Source: an archaeon
GTDB taxonomy: Archaea > Asgardarchaeota > Thorarchaeia > Thorarchaeales > Thorarchaeaceae
Direction of reading: 5' to 3'
Assembly: GCA_024276825.1 (NCBI GenBank)
Contig: JAJRWI010000009.1
Coordinates: forward strand, 1-64,000
Length of the DNA stretch: 64,000 nucleotides
Shown: in pieces, positions 39,643-48,997 of the stretch
Position numbering within the stretch: position 1 is the first letter of the stretch
Layout of the letters: every line of letters begins with the position of its first letter
Made by a program: the position numbers and the translations under genes
Notes under the pieces: generated by a model
Database searches by the model: none
What the model saw: only the letters and a program-made list of their open reading frames with translations
Told to the model about the DNA's origin: nothing

Positions 39643-41091
39643 ATGTCAGTATACAATAGAGTGCAATGCGGAGACCAACAAATGAGTTGGAAGATTGATT
39701 CACTCAACCATCTTTTCAATCCATCAACTATTGCTGTTATTGGAGCGTCGCAGAGAAAAGCAAGTCTTGGAGGACTCACACTCAGGGCCCTACGAAACTA
39801 TAATGGAAGTCTGTATGCGGTCAATCCAAAATATCAGAATATTGGCACTCTGAAATGTTTTCCGAGTGTTAAAGACATCGGCGATCAGATTGACCTTGCA
39901 ATCATCGCACTGCAGGCACCACAGGTCCTTCCAGTCATGAGAGAATGTGCAGAGGCTAATGTGAGGAGTGCAATCATATTTACTGCGGGATTTAAGGAAT
40001 TGGGCTCATTGGGCGAAATGGAACAAGAGCGAATCAAAGAAGTCGCAGATAACGCAGGAATTGTAGTTATTGGTCCAAACTGTCTTGGTGCAGGAAATCT
40101 CAAGACAGGGCTCAATGCAACCTTTTTCTCACACCCTGTGCGTATTAAGAGCGGTACAGTCAGCATGGCAAGCCAGAGTGGTGGCGTGACAGGCTTGATG
40201 TTGTACCGTGCCTACGATACAGGCCTTGGCGTTTCGAAGTTTGTGTCAGTTGGGAACAGAGTGAACATCGACTTTCATGATATCGTCAGATACTTTGGGA
40301 GTGATCAAGACACTGATGTCATCTGCCTGTTTGTTGAGGGAACCGAATTTGCCCGTGAGATGTACGAAGAGGTTTCTAGAATTACTAATGAGAAACCAGT
40401 CTTAATACACAAAGTTGGCAAGACACCAGCGGCAAAGGCAGCAGCCCTGAGTCATACAGGAAGTCTTGCAGGGGACAGCTCAATATACACAGGAGCATTC
40501 AGACAGGCAAGGGCGCTCGAGTTAGATAGTATATCCGAAATGATTGATATAGCCAAGGTGATGACTGTTTGCAAGAACCACCCGAGGGGAAATCAGGTTG
40601 TCATTATCACTCATACATTGGGCCTTGCATTGATTGCTGCACAATCATTAGAGATGAATGGATTATGTCTCAAGCCACCAAAGAAGCAGATTGCAAAAGA
40701 TATTCAGTCATTCCTTGGAATGCCTGTAGATATCCCAATTTCGAATCCTGTTGACCTTCTCGCACAAGGCTGGTCTAACCCCGAGATCTTCGCCAATGCA
40801 TTTGACCTAGTAATCAAGAATGATCAATATGATGCTGCTATCATAGTATTCGCTCCCAATTTTCAGGAGGACATTGGTGGAGGGCTTCCAGCAAAGAGAA
40901 TAGCAGAGTCAGCAAGAATATCGAAAAAACCAATTATAGCTATACTCAGTTCTCCATATTGCAAGAAGCCTCCAGAAGCCGCATTTCTTGAGGATAATGG
41001 AATTCCCGTGTTTACAGACCCCCAAAGGGCTGCTGTCGCTCTTGCAAGTGTGATTAAATATTACGCTGGCATTGCCAGTAATGTGCAGTGA
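39643..41091 (+). CDS. acdA: ADP-forming acyl-CoA synthetase alpha subunit
   Basis: FNPSTIAVIGAS, GPNCLG, SQSGG, SVGN, SHTGSLAG phospho-His, NPVDL; start may be ATG 39682. Confidence 0.85.
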   Translation: MSVYNRVQCGDQQMSWKIDSLNHLFNPSTIAVIGASQRKASLGGLTLRALRNYNGSLYAVNPKYQNIGTLKCFPSVKDIGDQIDLAIIALQAPQVLPVMRECAEANVRSAIIFTAGFKELGSLGEMEQERIKEVADNAGIVVIGPNCLGAGNLKTGLNATFFSHPVRIKSGTVSMASQSGGVTGLMLYRAYDTGLGVSKFVSVGNRVNIDFHDIVRYFGSDQDTDVICLFVEGTEFAREMYEEVSRITNEKPVLIHKVGKTPAAKAAALSHTGSLAGDSSIYTGAFRQARALELDSISEMIDIAKVMTVCKNHPRGNQVVIITHTLGLALIAAQSLEMNGLCLKPPKKQIAKDIQSFLGMPVDIPISNPVDLLAQGWSNPEIFANAFDLVIKNDQYDAAIIVFAPNFQEDIGGGLPAKRIAESARISKKPIIAILSSPYCKKPPEAAFLEDNGIPVFTDPQRAAVALASVIKYYAGIASNVQ

Positions 41092-41112
41092 TATAACATG
41101 CCTTAGAGAACA

Positions 41113-41673
41113 TTAAAAGATGCCAAATAATATCAACATACCAACGATAATGAAGGCAGGGCCAGCCGTATTCTTGATTTTTCGAAATGACACATTCTCA
41201 GCCAGTCTTGCTCCAATAGACGCACCGATCATATTCACTAAGAGGAGCCCCAAGACCGCACCCAAAAATACAACCAATGGTAGTCCAGTCTGAGCTGAGA
41301 TCAGTACTGCGGCCAACTGAGTCTTATCACCCATCTCTGATAGAAACACGAGAGAAAACATGCCAATCATGGAACCTTGTGAGGGCACAGCTTCGCATTC
41401 ATTGGAGTTGGCCCATAGTGTATGCAGACCAATAATAATGAAAAGAACAGCAGATACTGTAGTTATGATTTCAGTGGGCAAAGAGAAGTTGAGTAATGCT
41501 CCTACTAGTACTGCAATTGCGGTTGAAGTGACCAGAGCAGTCATTGCGACAAGAAGCACTAGACGAGGTCGCCTGTACCGAGCGGCCAGACACACTGTTG
41601 CCAGCATTGTCTTGTCACCAAGTTCTGCAAGAAAAATTAGAACTAATGAAGTGACAAATATGTCAATTATCAT
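41113..41673 (-). CDS. TMEM165/GDT1 (UPF0016) Mn2+/Ca2+ transporter
   Basis: Two signature motifs, ELGDKT and EMGDKT. Confidence 0.92.
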   Translation of the reverse strand: MIIDIFVTSLVLIFLAELGDKTMLATVCLAARYRRPRLVLLVAMTALVTSTAIAVLVGALLNFSLPTEIITTVSAVLFIIIGLHTLWANSNECEAVPSQGSMIGMFSLVFLSEMGDKTQLAAVLISAQTGLPLVVFLGAVLGLLLVNMIGASIGARLAENVSFRKIKNTAGPAFIIVGMLILFGIF

Positions 41674-41725
41674 TTCTTGCTAGGGCCAATGCGTCCTGTT
41701 TTAATAATTTGCATTTGTGCTTCAA

Positions 41726-42076
41726 TTACCATTCGCCCGAGAAAAACACGATCCAAGCCACGATTGCTTCAAGTTCATCGCGGGGGTCATCATCAACTCG
41801 AAACAGTGTTGAACCACTGGAGGTCATGATACTTCTTGAGTCCAGTCTGAACCTTGTTGAGCCAGAGCTACTCATGATATATTTTCTATCGTACCGACCT
41901 ATGGTGCTTCCTGAAGAGTTGGTGACATATCCATTCTTTACATAACCAATTGTGCTTCCTGAAGAGTTAGCCACAGTACCCGATGAGAATCGACCAATCG
42001 TGCTTCGTGAAGAGTTCATTATGTAATTGCCCTCAATGAATCCAATGGTCGATCCGCTGCTGCTCATAATTCTCAT
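41726..42076 (-). CDS. Small 16-aa repeat protein (SSGSTIG; beta-flower-like)
   Basis: Six repeats of xIxxSSGSTIGx at 16-aa period, then a short helix. Confidence 0.7.
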   Translation of the reverse strand: MRIMSSSGSTIGFIEGNYIMNSSRSTIGRFSSGTVANSSGSTIGYVKNGYVTNSSGSTIGRYDRKYIMSSSGSTRFRLDSRSIMTSSGSTLFRVDDDPRDELEAIVAWIVFFSGEW

Positions 42077-42642
42077 GTGAACACCAGGAGTTCCAGCGCA
42101 TTTCGATTTAGAGTTTTTCTCATATGGCTATCCAATATTGATTCGTGATATTTTCTAAACTTAAAGAGATAAACTAACACAACCACACCTATGATCATGG
42201 TAAATACAAATGCCACAGCCATAGTTGATGGAATGAATGTCGGATAAGGTGTAAATGTGAATAGAGGTCTAGTAATGTTTCCTGTAACATGGATGGATTG
42301 AGAAGCTGTTTCTGGATTATGAATTACAATATACCATATATCTTTGTATAGAACTACAAAGTCCCAAGATAGTTCATCTAGACCCTGTTGGTAATGATAA
42401 AGATAAGCAGTTCCGTTATTCTGCCATATTGTGTAATTTCCACTATCACATATGAAAAATGTAGCTCCTGAGCCTTTATTGACGACAAATGCGCCAGTCA
42501 GAACATAGTTTCTATCAACGCATGCTGTCGCAAAAAAATCATCACCAGGTTGTATCCAAGCGTTAAACTCGTAAAGGTCATTCATCTGCATCATCACAGG
42601 TGCCATAAAAACAATAAAAATAATCCAAACAGCCATTTTCAT
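42073..42642 (-). CDS. Type I membrane protein with beta-sandwich (GOLD/emp24-like) ectodomain
   Basis: Signal peptide, FFICDSGNY..W...WYIVIHN pattern, C-terminal TM; family assignment tentative. Confidence 0.5.
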   Translation of the reverse strand: MKMAVWIIFIVFMAPVMMQMNDLYEFNAWIQPGDDFFATACVDRNYVLTGAFVVNKGSGATFFICDSGNYTIWQNNGTAYLYHYQQGLDELSWDFVVLYKDIWYIVIHNPETASQSIHVTGNITRPLFTFTPYPTFIPSTMAVAFVFTMIIGVVVLVYLFKFRKYHESILDSHMRKTLNRNALELLVFT

Positions 42643-42761
42643 TGTTATTCATTATTCTAATCACATTGAACAGATTTATCTTTTTTTAACGAATTAGCAG
42701 AGCCATTACGGTCGATAGCATTAAGAGTAAAACATAATTTCGTGAGGTTGAGGAGCTGGCC

Positions 42762-45368
42762 ATGAAAAAGAGGACCCCAATGCAACGCCAATACCTTGAA
42801 CTGAAACGCCAGTATCCTGATTGCCTGCTTATGTTCAGACTGGGCGATTTCTATGAGCTGTTCAATGAAGATGCCAAAATAGCCAGCAATGTTCTTGACA
42901 TTGTTCTCACTGCCAGAGGAGAGGGAGTTGACAAGTGGCCAATGTGTGGTGTCCCTTACCATTCGGTTGATGGATATATTGCCAAGTTGCTTCATGCTGG
43001 ATTCACCGTTGCAATTGCCGAGCAGGTCGAAGACGCATCACAGGCCAAAGGACTGGTAAGGCGTGAAGTTGTCAGAGTGATCACACCGGGAACTGTCCTT
43101 GAATCATCAATGCTTGAAGATGCGACAAACAACTATCTTATGTCATTGGTCGAACATGATGGACGAGCTGGTATTGGTGTTGTTGACGTTTCAACAGGTG
43201 AGTTCATGGTCACTGAAACTAAGGGGCGAATCACAAGTGATGTTGTATTGAATGAGATAGGAAGACTGAGTCCATCTGAGATATTATTGCCTGAGTCCTA
43301 TTCTGGTAGAAGTGAATTGCGTGAAGTATTGGAAGAAACTGGAGCACTATTGACCTTTCGGAATGATACTGATTTTTCTGCCAGAGTGGCAGAGGAAAAG
43401 TTAAAGGACCACTTCGGTGTTTCAACGCTCGAAGGTTTTGGTCTGACTGATAAACATGTTGCGCTTGGTGCTAGCGGGGCCATAATTGCATATCTCATGG
43501 AAGTTCATAAGACTAATGCAATCACAATCTCTTCACTTCGGACATATTCGATTGAGCAACACATGATCATTGATGTGACAACCCAGAGGAATCTGGAGCT
43601 GACCAGAAATGCAAGAGATGGCTCTCAAAGGGGCACACTATTGTCTGTGCTCAATCAGACTGTCACATCGATGGGAAAGAGAAGGCTCAAGCAATGGATC
43701 TTACAACCCTTGCGAGATATTAATGCAATTGAAAGAAGACTTGACTGTGTGGATGAGCTGGCAAGAAATGCTATTCTGCGAAAAGAGATCTCTAGTAGGC
43801 TTAGAGACCTTGGAGACCTCGAGAGGGTCTCAAGCAGAATTGTCTTTGGAAACTCCAATGCTCGTGAACTATTAGCCCTCAGAAATGCCCTCAAAAGGCT
43901 ACCAGAAATCAAGAAGACCCTTGCCGAGTGCAAGTCCGAGATACTGAAGGATGCAGCTAGAGATATCGATCCGCTTGAAGAGTTATACAAGACCCTAGAA
44001 GATGCCATTGTCGAAGACCCTCCAGTCAGTGTAAAAGATGGTGGAATGATCAAGGAAGGATTTGATGAGCAACTCGATAGTCTTCGTGCATCAATTGCAT
44101 CTGACAAGAAATGGATTGCTTCTCTGCAGGCAAGAGAACGACATAGAACAGGTATTAAGTCATTGAAGGTGGGCTTTAACAAGGTCTTTGGATATTATAT
44201 AGAAGTCACCAAGGCAAACCTGCATCTTGTGCCTACTGAATATGAGCGTAAGCAGACACTGACTGGAGCCGAGCGTTTCATAACGCCCGAACTGAAAGAG
44301 AAGGAGACCTCGGTCCTTGCAGGCGAGGAGAAGATAAATCAACTAGAGTTTGAGATCTATGAGAAGCTCAGAGCCCAAGTCAAAGACGTGATTGACATCC
44401 TGAGAAAGAATGCTTCAGCAATTGCGACGACTGATGTTCTGAGCGCATTAGCGGAGGTCGCTGTTCTAAGAAGATACTGCAGGCCCAACTTGACAAATGG
44501 CAAGAGGATTAAGATAGTTGATGGCAGACACCCCTCACTTGAGGTAATTCTTGGCCCCAATGAATTTGTGCCAAACAGCCTTGAGATTGGCGATGGTGGT
44601 GCGACACTCATCATAGTCACAGGGCCTAACATGGCTGGGAAGTCAACCTTCATGCGACAAGCAGCATTGATCATTCTTCTTGCACAGATGGGCTCATTCG
44701 TCCCTGCCAAGTCTGCAGAAATTGGTCTCGTGGACAGAATCTTCACGCGAGTGGGAGCATTTGACGATCTTACAGCCAGACAGAGTACATTCATGGTTGA
44801 GATGATTGAAACCGCCAACATACTCAATAATGCCACTGACAAGAGTTTTGTCATACTTGATGAGATTGGTAGAGGGACCTCCACATTTGACGGAATGGCA
44901 CTGGCGTGGGCTGTTGCTGAAGAAATGGCCCAAATGAAGACAAGAACCCTCTTTGCAACCCATTTTCATCAGTTGACAGATATGGCTCGAACCCATCATG
45001 GAGTCAAGAATGTCCATACTCTTGCGAAAGAGGTAGGCCATAAGATCGTATTCTTGCACAAGGTTGTTGAGGGAGGGACCGATAAGAGCTATGGTGTCCA
45101 TGTAGCGGCTCTTGCAGGAGTTCCTGAATCTGTTGTCAACCGAGCGCGCAAGATTCTCACCAAGCTTGAAAGAGAGAGCGTCGTGGATATTGCAAATGTT
45201 GGAGAGAGTCCCGTTGAAGAGGTTGTTCAGACCACTCTTGAATCGCTACTTGTAACGGATCCGATTGTAGAGATGATTCTGAAACTTGACATAGACAGAA
45301 TGACTCCCATTGATGCATTGATTCTTCTCAAAGAACTTCAAGAGGACGCGAAAAAAAGAGAGGAATAG
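42762..45368 (+). CDS. mutS: DNA mismatch repair protein MutS (MutS1)
   Basis: TPMQRQY, GDFYELF, TGPNMAGKST, STFMVEM, DEIGRGTST, SYG. Confidence 0.97.
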   Translation: MKKRTPMQRQYLELKRQYPDCLLMFRLGDFYELFNEDAKIASNVLDIVLTARGEGVDKWPMCGVPYHSVDGYIAKLLHAGFTVAIAEQVEDASQAKGLVRREVVRVITPGTVLESSMLEDATNNYLMSLVEHDGRAGIGVVDVSTGEFMVTETKGRITSDVVLNEIGRLSPSEILLPESYSGRSELREVLEETGALLTFRNDTDFSARVAEEKLKDHFGVSTLEGFGLTDKHVALGASGAIIAYLMEVHKTNAITISSLRTYSIEQHMIIDVTTQRNLELTRNARDGSQRGTLLSVLNQTVTSMGKRRLKQWILQPLRDINAIERRLDCVDELARNAILRKEISSRLRDLGDLERVSSRIVFGNSNARELLALRNALKRLPEIKKTLAECKSEILKDAARDIDPLEELYKTLEDAIVEDPPVSVKDGGMIKEGFDEQLDSLRASIASDKKWIASLQARERHRTGIKSLKVGFNKVFGYYIEVTKANLHLVPTEYERKQTLTGAERFITPELKEKETSVLAGEEKINQLEFEIYEKLRAQVKDVIDILRKNASAIATTDVLSALAEVAVLRRYCRPNLTNGKRIKIVDGRHPSLEVILGPNEFVPNSLEIGDGGATLIIVTGPNMAGKSTFMRQAALIILLAQMGSFVPAKSAEIGLVDRIFTRVGAFDDLTARQSTFMVEMIETANILNNATDKSFVILDEIGRGTSTFDGMALAWAVAEEMAQMKTRTLFATHFHQLTDMARTHHGVKNVHTLAKEVGHKIVFLHKVVEGGTDKSYGVHVAALAGVPESVVNRARKILTKLERESVVDIANVGESPVEEVVQTTLESLLVTDPIVEMILKLDIDRMTPIDALILLKELQEDAKKREE

Positions 45369-45437
45369 TTCGTTGCAACACAACATATCAATTGGCAATA
45401 TAAACCAAAATGCTAAAATATTAGGATTTAAATCATA

Positions 45438-46883
45438 ATGATTATGCCCCTAAAGTTTATCGATAGAGAGTTCGAGTTAGATATCCTTACCAAGGAGTAT
45501 TCAAAAAAAGGTTTCACATTCACTATCATTTATGGACGAAGAAGAGTTGGAAAGACTGAGTTGGTCCGACATTTTATTAATGGTAAAAAGGCGATTTATT
45601 TTCAATGTGATAAAAGGGGAGTTAGAGCTAATATCGAGTCGATGCGAAAAGTTTGTTCACGATTTTTCGATGATGTGGAGCCTTCTCTTGCTTCATTAAA
45701 TGAGATCTTCCACTACATCATCAAAAGAAAGGAATATGAGAAAATAGTATTCATCATTGATGAATTCCCCTATCTTATTCAACAGGATGGAGCATTAACA
45801 TCTGAATTGCAGAGAATAATTGACACATTTCTTATCCACGAAGATATGTATCTGATCATTCTTGGTTCGTCCATCGGAATGATGAAGGATGAACTGCTAA
45901 GTGAGAAAAGTCCGCTATATGGACGAAGAACTAGTCAATTAGAGATCAGACCTTTTGGCTTCAGAAATCTAATTGAGTGGTTCCCTCAAATTAATCCCAA
46001 AAGACTAGTAAAAATCTATGGCGCTTTTGGAGGAATGCCATTCTATCTGCAATTCATTAACCAAAAGGAGAACTTTTTCAAAAATTTGGAGAGAACAGTT
46101 TTCAATAAATCACATGTCTTGTACCCAGAGGGAGAATTCGTTATTCGATCCGAATTATCGCAAGTATCAAGTTATATGAAAATATTGCAAGCGATTGCAT
46201 CGGGGGCGTCAAAGGTAGTAGATATTGCAGTAAAATCAGGCATTAAGGCTAGCGACCTGCCACATTATCTTGATAGATTGAGAGCCCTTGACATCATACA
46301 TAGGGAGAGGCCAATTCTTGGAAGGAGCAAGAAAAGCAAAAAGTCACTTTATTTCCTGTCAGACAATTTCTTGCAATTTTGGTTCAGGTATGTATTGCCA
46401 TATGGCAGTATGATTGAAATTGGCAACTTGGACCCCATATTTGATGATTTAAAACGTTCCTATGACACATTTCTTGGGCGAGTCTTCGAGCAGATCAGTC
46501 GAGAGTATCTGATGCTTGCAAATAAAATGAAGATTGAACCAATCAAATTTACTCGTTTAGGTTCACAATGGGGAAAAATTCCCGGAATGCCAAAAGGGCG
46601 AAATGAATATGAAATTGATCATATTGCAATTGATATGAATGAGAAGTCATTGATAATTGCCGAATCTAAATGGCAGAATAATGTAAATCCAGTTTCAATG
46701 GAGAAGCGGCTTAATGATCTTGTCAAGGTAGTTCCAGAATTATCAAGATGGAAGACAGTCCACCTGATTGGGTTCGCAAGGTCATTCAGAAAAACGCGGA
46801 AGGATTTGAGTATTCATACAGTCGACCTAAAGACAATTCATAGTACATTCAAATCAAGCTTGAAGAGCAAGAAAGAGATCTAG
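45438..46883 (+). CDS. Archaeal ATPase with wHTH and C-terminal DUF234/PD-(D/E)XK-like domain
   Basis: FIDREFEL, YGRRRVGKT, IIDEFPY, SPLYGRRT, GGMPFYL, DNFLQFWFRY, EID..AESKW. Confidence 0.9.
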   Translation: MIMPLKFIDREFELDILTKEYSKKGFTFTIIYGRRRVGKTELVRHFINGKKAIYFQCDKRGVRANIESMRKVCSRFFDDVEPSLASLNEIFHYIIKRKEYEKIVFIIDEFPYLIQQDGALTSELQRIIDTFLIHEDMYLIILGSSIGMMKDELLSEKSPLYGRRTSQLEIRPFGFRNLIEWFPQINPKRLVKIYGAFGGMPFYLQFINQKENFFKNLERTVFNKSHVLYPEGEFVIRSELSQVSSYMKILQAIASGASKVVDIAVKSGIKASDLPHYLDRLRALDIIHRERPILGRSKKSKKSLYFLSDNFLQFWFRYVLPYGSMIEIGNLDPIFDDLKRSYDTFLGRVFEQISREYLMLANKMKIEPIKFTRLGSQWGKIPGMPKGRNEYEIDHIAIDMNEKSLIIAESKWQNNVNPVSMEKRLNDLVKVVPELSRWKTVHLIGFARSFRKTRKDLSIHTVDLKTIHSTFKSSLKSKKEI

Positions 46884-46929
46884 TTACAAACAGGGATGCT
46901 TAAAAGAAACAAGTGCTCTCTGAATTCAC

Positions 46930-47598
46930 ATGAAGCATCCTCCTGAGATCGCACCTTCAATCCTTTCAGCCAATTTTGCAAATCTCGAGACTGACATAAG
47001 GCAGGCTGAGAAGGGCGGTGCTGATTGGTTTCATCTAGACATCATGGACGGTCATTTTGTTCCCAACATCTCCTTTGGGCCATGGGTCGCCAAGATCATG
47101 AAGGCTATCACTGATGTGCCTCTTGATGCGCATCTTATGATCACCAATCCTCGTGAGTATATTCCAAAGTTCATTGATGCAGGTGTAGAACTGATCTATC
47201 CACATTACGAGGCCTCTTATGATGTCTACAGAACTGTTCAACTCATCGTCGATCTTGGAGCAAAGGCAGGCATTACTCTAAACCCGGCAACTCGTTTTGA
47301 TGTTGTCGAACCATTCTTGGAACTCATTGATTCTGTACTAATCATGAGTGTGTGCCCTGGATTCGGTGGTCAGAAATTCATTGAGTCCTCAGTCCAGAAG
47401 ATTAGATGGTTAAGGAAACTTCTCGATGAGCAGAAACCCGAGGTGCGAATTGCAATTGATGGTGGTGTAAATCTAGAAAACATTGCAGACTTGCGGCATG
47501 CTGGCGTGGATTTCTTTGTTGCGGGATCTGCTGTTTTTAAGGCTAAAAATATTGAAGAAACTGTTCGAAGGTTAAAGCAGATTGCTGAAAGTGTATAA
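46930..47598 (+). CDS. rpe: Ribulose-phosphate 3-epimerase
   Basis: IAPSILSANF, HLDIMDGHFVPN, DAHLM, MSVCPGFGGQKF, DGG. Confidence 0.95.
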   Translation: MKHPPEIAPSILSANFANLETDIRQAEKGGADWFHLDIMDGHFVPNISFGPWVAKIMKAITDVPLDAHLMITNPREYIPKFIDAGVELIYPHYEASYDVYRTVQLIVDLGAKAGITLNPATRFDVVEPFLELIDSVLIMSVCPGFGGQKFIESSVQKIRWLRKLLDEQKPEVRIAIDGGVNLENIADLRHAGVDFFVAGSAVFKAKNIEETVRRLKQIAESV

Positions 47599-47758
47599 AT
47601 CGATTCATGAATTTTATGCGAATGGGACAGCATCTGCAATGTTTTCAAAATAACACATCAATAAATAGTAAGATTCAATTCATATTATTAATAGATTGAA
47701 TGAACAATATTAACAAGTCAATTATCACTTTTTCATAATATCAACATGAGAAAAAAAG

Positions 47759-47971
47759 GTGAAAATTCAATTTCCTGTTGTAATTACGAAGGAAGAAAAA
47801 TACTATGTTACATTGGCTGTAAATGTTGATATATCTTCACAAGGTGAAACAGTTGAAGAGGCCCTTGAAAACCTTCTTGAAGCGCTAGAGCTTTATTTGG
47901 AAGATGAAGACTCAATAATTCCTGAATCCTCGGAAAAACCAATATTGACAATAATTGAGGTATCTTATTAA
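47759..47971 (+). CDS. hicB: HicB-family antitoxin
   Basis: SQGETVEEALENLLEALELYLE. Confidence 0.85.
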   Translation: MKIQFPVVITKEEKYYVTLAVNVDISSQGETVEEALENLLEALELYLEDEDSIIPESSEKPILTIIEVSY

Positions 47972-48215
47972 AAGTTCCAATTGTATCAGCAAGCGAGTTA
48001 ATCAAGTATCTTGAGAAAATGGCTTTAGAATAGTTGGAAGGGGAGGGAGTCATATTAGATTAAAGAGAATAGTGAAGCCAAGCAAATTAATTGTAATTAT
48101 TCCATTTCATAAAGGGCTTGCAATGTGAACACTGCGTTTCATTCTGCGGCAAGCGAATAGTCCTTTGGAAGAGTTTATTGAAGACTTCAGTAAGAACTCT
48201 CATCATACTAGCTAA
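47965..48215 (+). pseudogene. hicA: HicA toxin with frameshift, internal stop and no start codon
   Basis: KVPIVSASELIKYLEK, 1-nt loss in gagaaaatggc (about 48018), NGFRIVGRGGSHIRLKR...IIPFHKGLAM*TLRFILRQA; TGA at 48126 replaces the conserved Gly. Confidence 0.85.
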
Positions 48216-48278
48216 ATAGACAATGTAATATATTGGGATTCACTGAAAAGCGCAAGCACTTGCATGAGTTGAGATGAT

Positions 48279-48929
48279 ATGAAGTTCTTCATTGATACTG
48301 CAAATGTAGAGGCGATAAGAAAGGCTCACGAGCGTGGAATGGTTGATGGCGTGACTACGAACCCGACTCTTGTAGCTAAAGAGGGACGCGATTTCCGACA
48401 GATTGTTGAGGAGATCGCATCCTTTGTTGAAGGTCCCATCAGCCTAGAGGTAGTGAGTGAGGACGCAGAAGGAATGATCGAGGAGGCACGAGAACTCAAT
48501 GGCTGGATTGATAACGCAGCAATCAAGATTCCTATGACATGGGAGGGTCTCAAAGCAGTCAGGGTTCTTGCCAGTGAAGACATCAAGACAAATGTCACCC
48601 TCTGTTTTAGTGCCAATCAAGCCCTGTTGGCGGCGAAGGCAGGAGCAACATTCGTGTCACCATTCATTGGCAGACTGGATGATGTTGGTCATACTGGAAT
48701 GCAGTTGATTGCAGATGTTGTTCAAATCTATGCCAACTATGGATATGACACAGAAGTGATTGTAGCCAGTATTCGACATCCAATTCATGTCTATGAAGCA
48801 GCACTTCTGGGTGCTGATATAGCAACAATTCCTCCGGCAGTCCTTGACAAGATGGTCAACCATCCACTCACTGATGTCGGGATAAAGCGATTCCTTGCAG
48901 ATTGGGAACGAGTGAAGAAAAAAAGTTGA
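48279..48929 (+). CDS. tal: Transaldolase (TalC/FSA family)
   Basis: FIDTA, GVTTNPT, SLEV (Glu), IKIP Schiff-base Lys, SPFIGRLDD (Phe): transaldolase-type residues. Confidence 0.92.
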   Translation: MKFFIDTANVEAIRKAHERGMVDGVTTNPTLVAKEGRDFRQIVEEIASFVEGPISLEVVSEDAEGMIEEARELNGWIDNAAIKIPMTWEGLKAVRVLASEDIKTNVTLCFSANQALLAAKAGATFVSPFIGRLDDVGHTGMQLIADVVQIYANYGYDTEVIVASIRHPIHVYEAALLGADIATIPPAVLDKMVNHPLTDVGIKRFLADWERVKKKS

Positions 48930-48997
48930 CCCCTACTAAAAATAGGTACAACAATCATTGATATGTTTGCATTCGAAATAACCAGATGTGACATTCC

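Noticed and set aside
41726-42076. CRISPR array or DNA tandem repeat
   Set aside because: 48-nt period is conserved at protein level only; no identical repeats with spacers and no cas genes
45438-46883. Mobile element or defence island around the AT-rich ATPase gene
   Set aside because: No transposase, integrase, terminal repeats or target duplication seen; the family is common and scattered in archaea
48126-48128. In-frame TGA as selenocysteine
   Set aside because: The position is a conserved Gly (GGA>TGA) in a gene that also has a frameshift
48279-48929. Fructose-6-phosphate aldolase
   Set aside because: Glu (SLEV) and Phe (SPF) are the transaldolase-type residues
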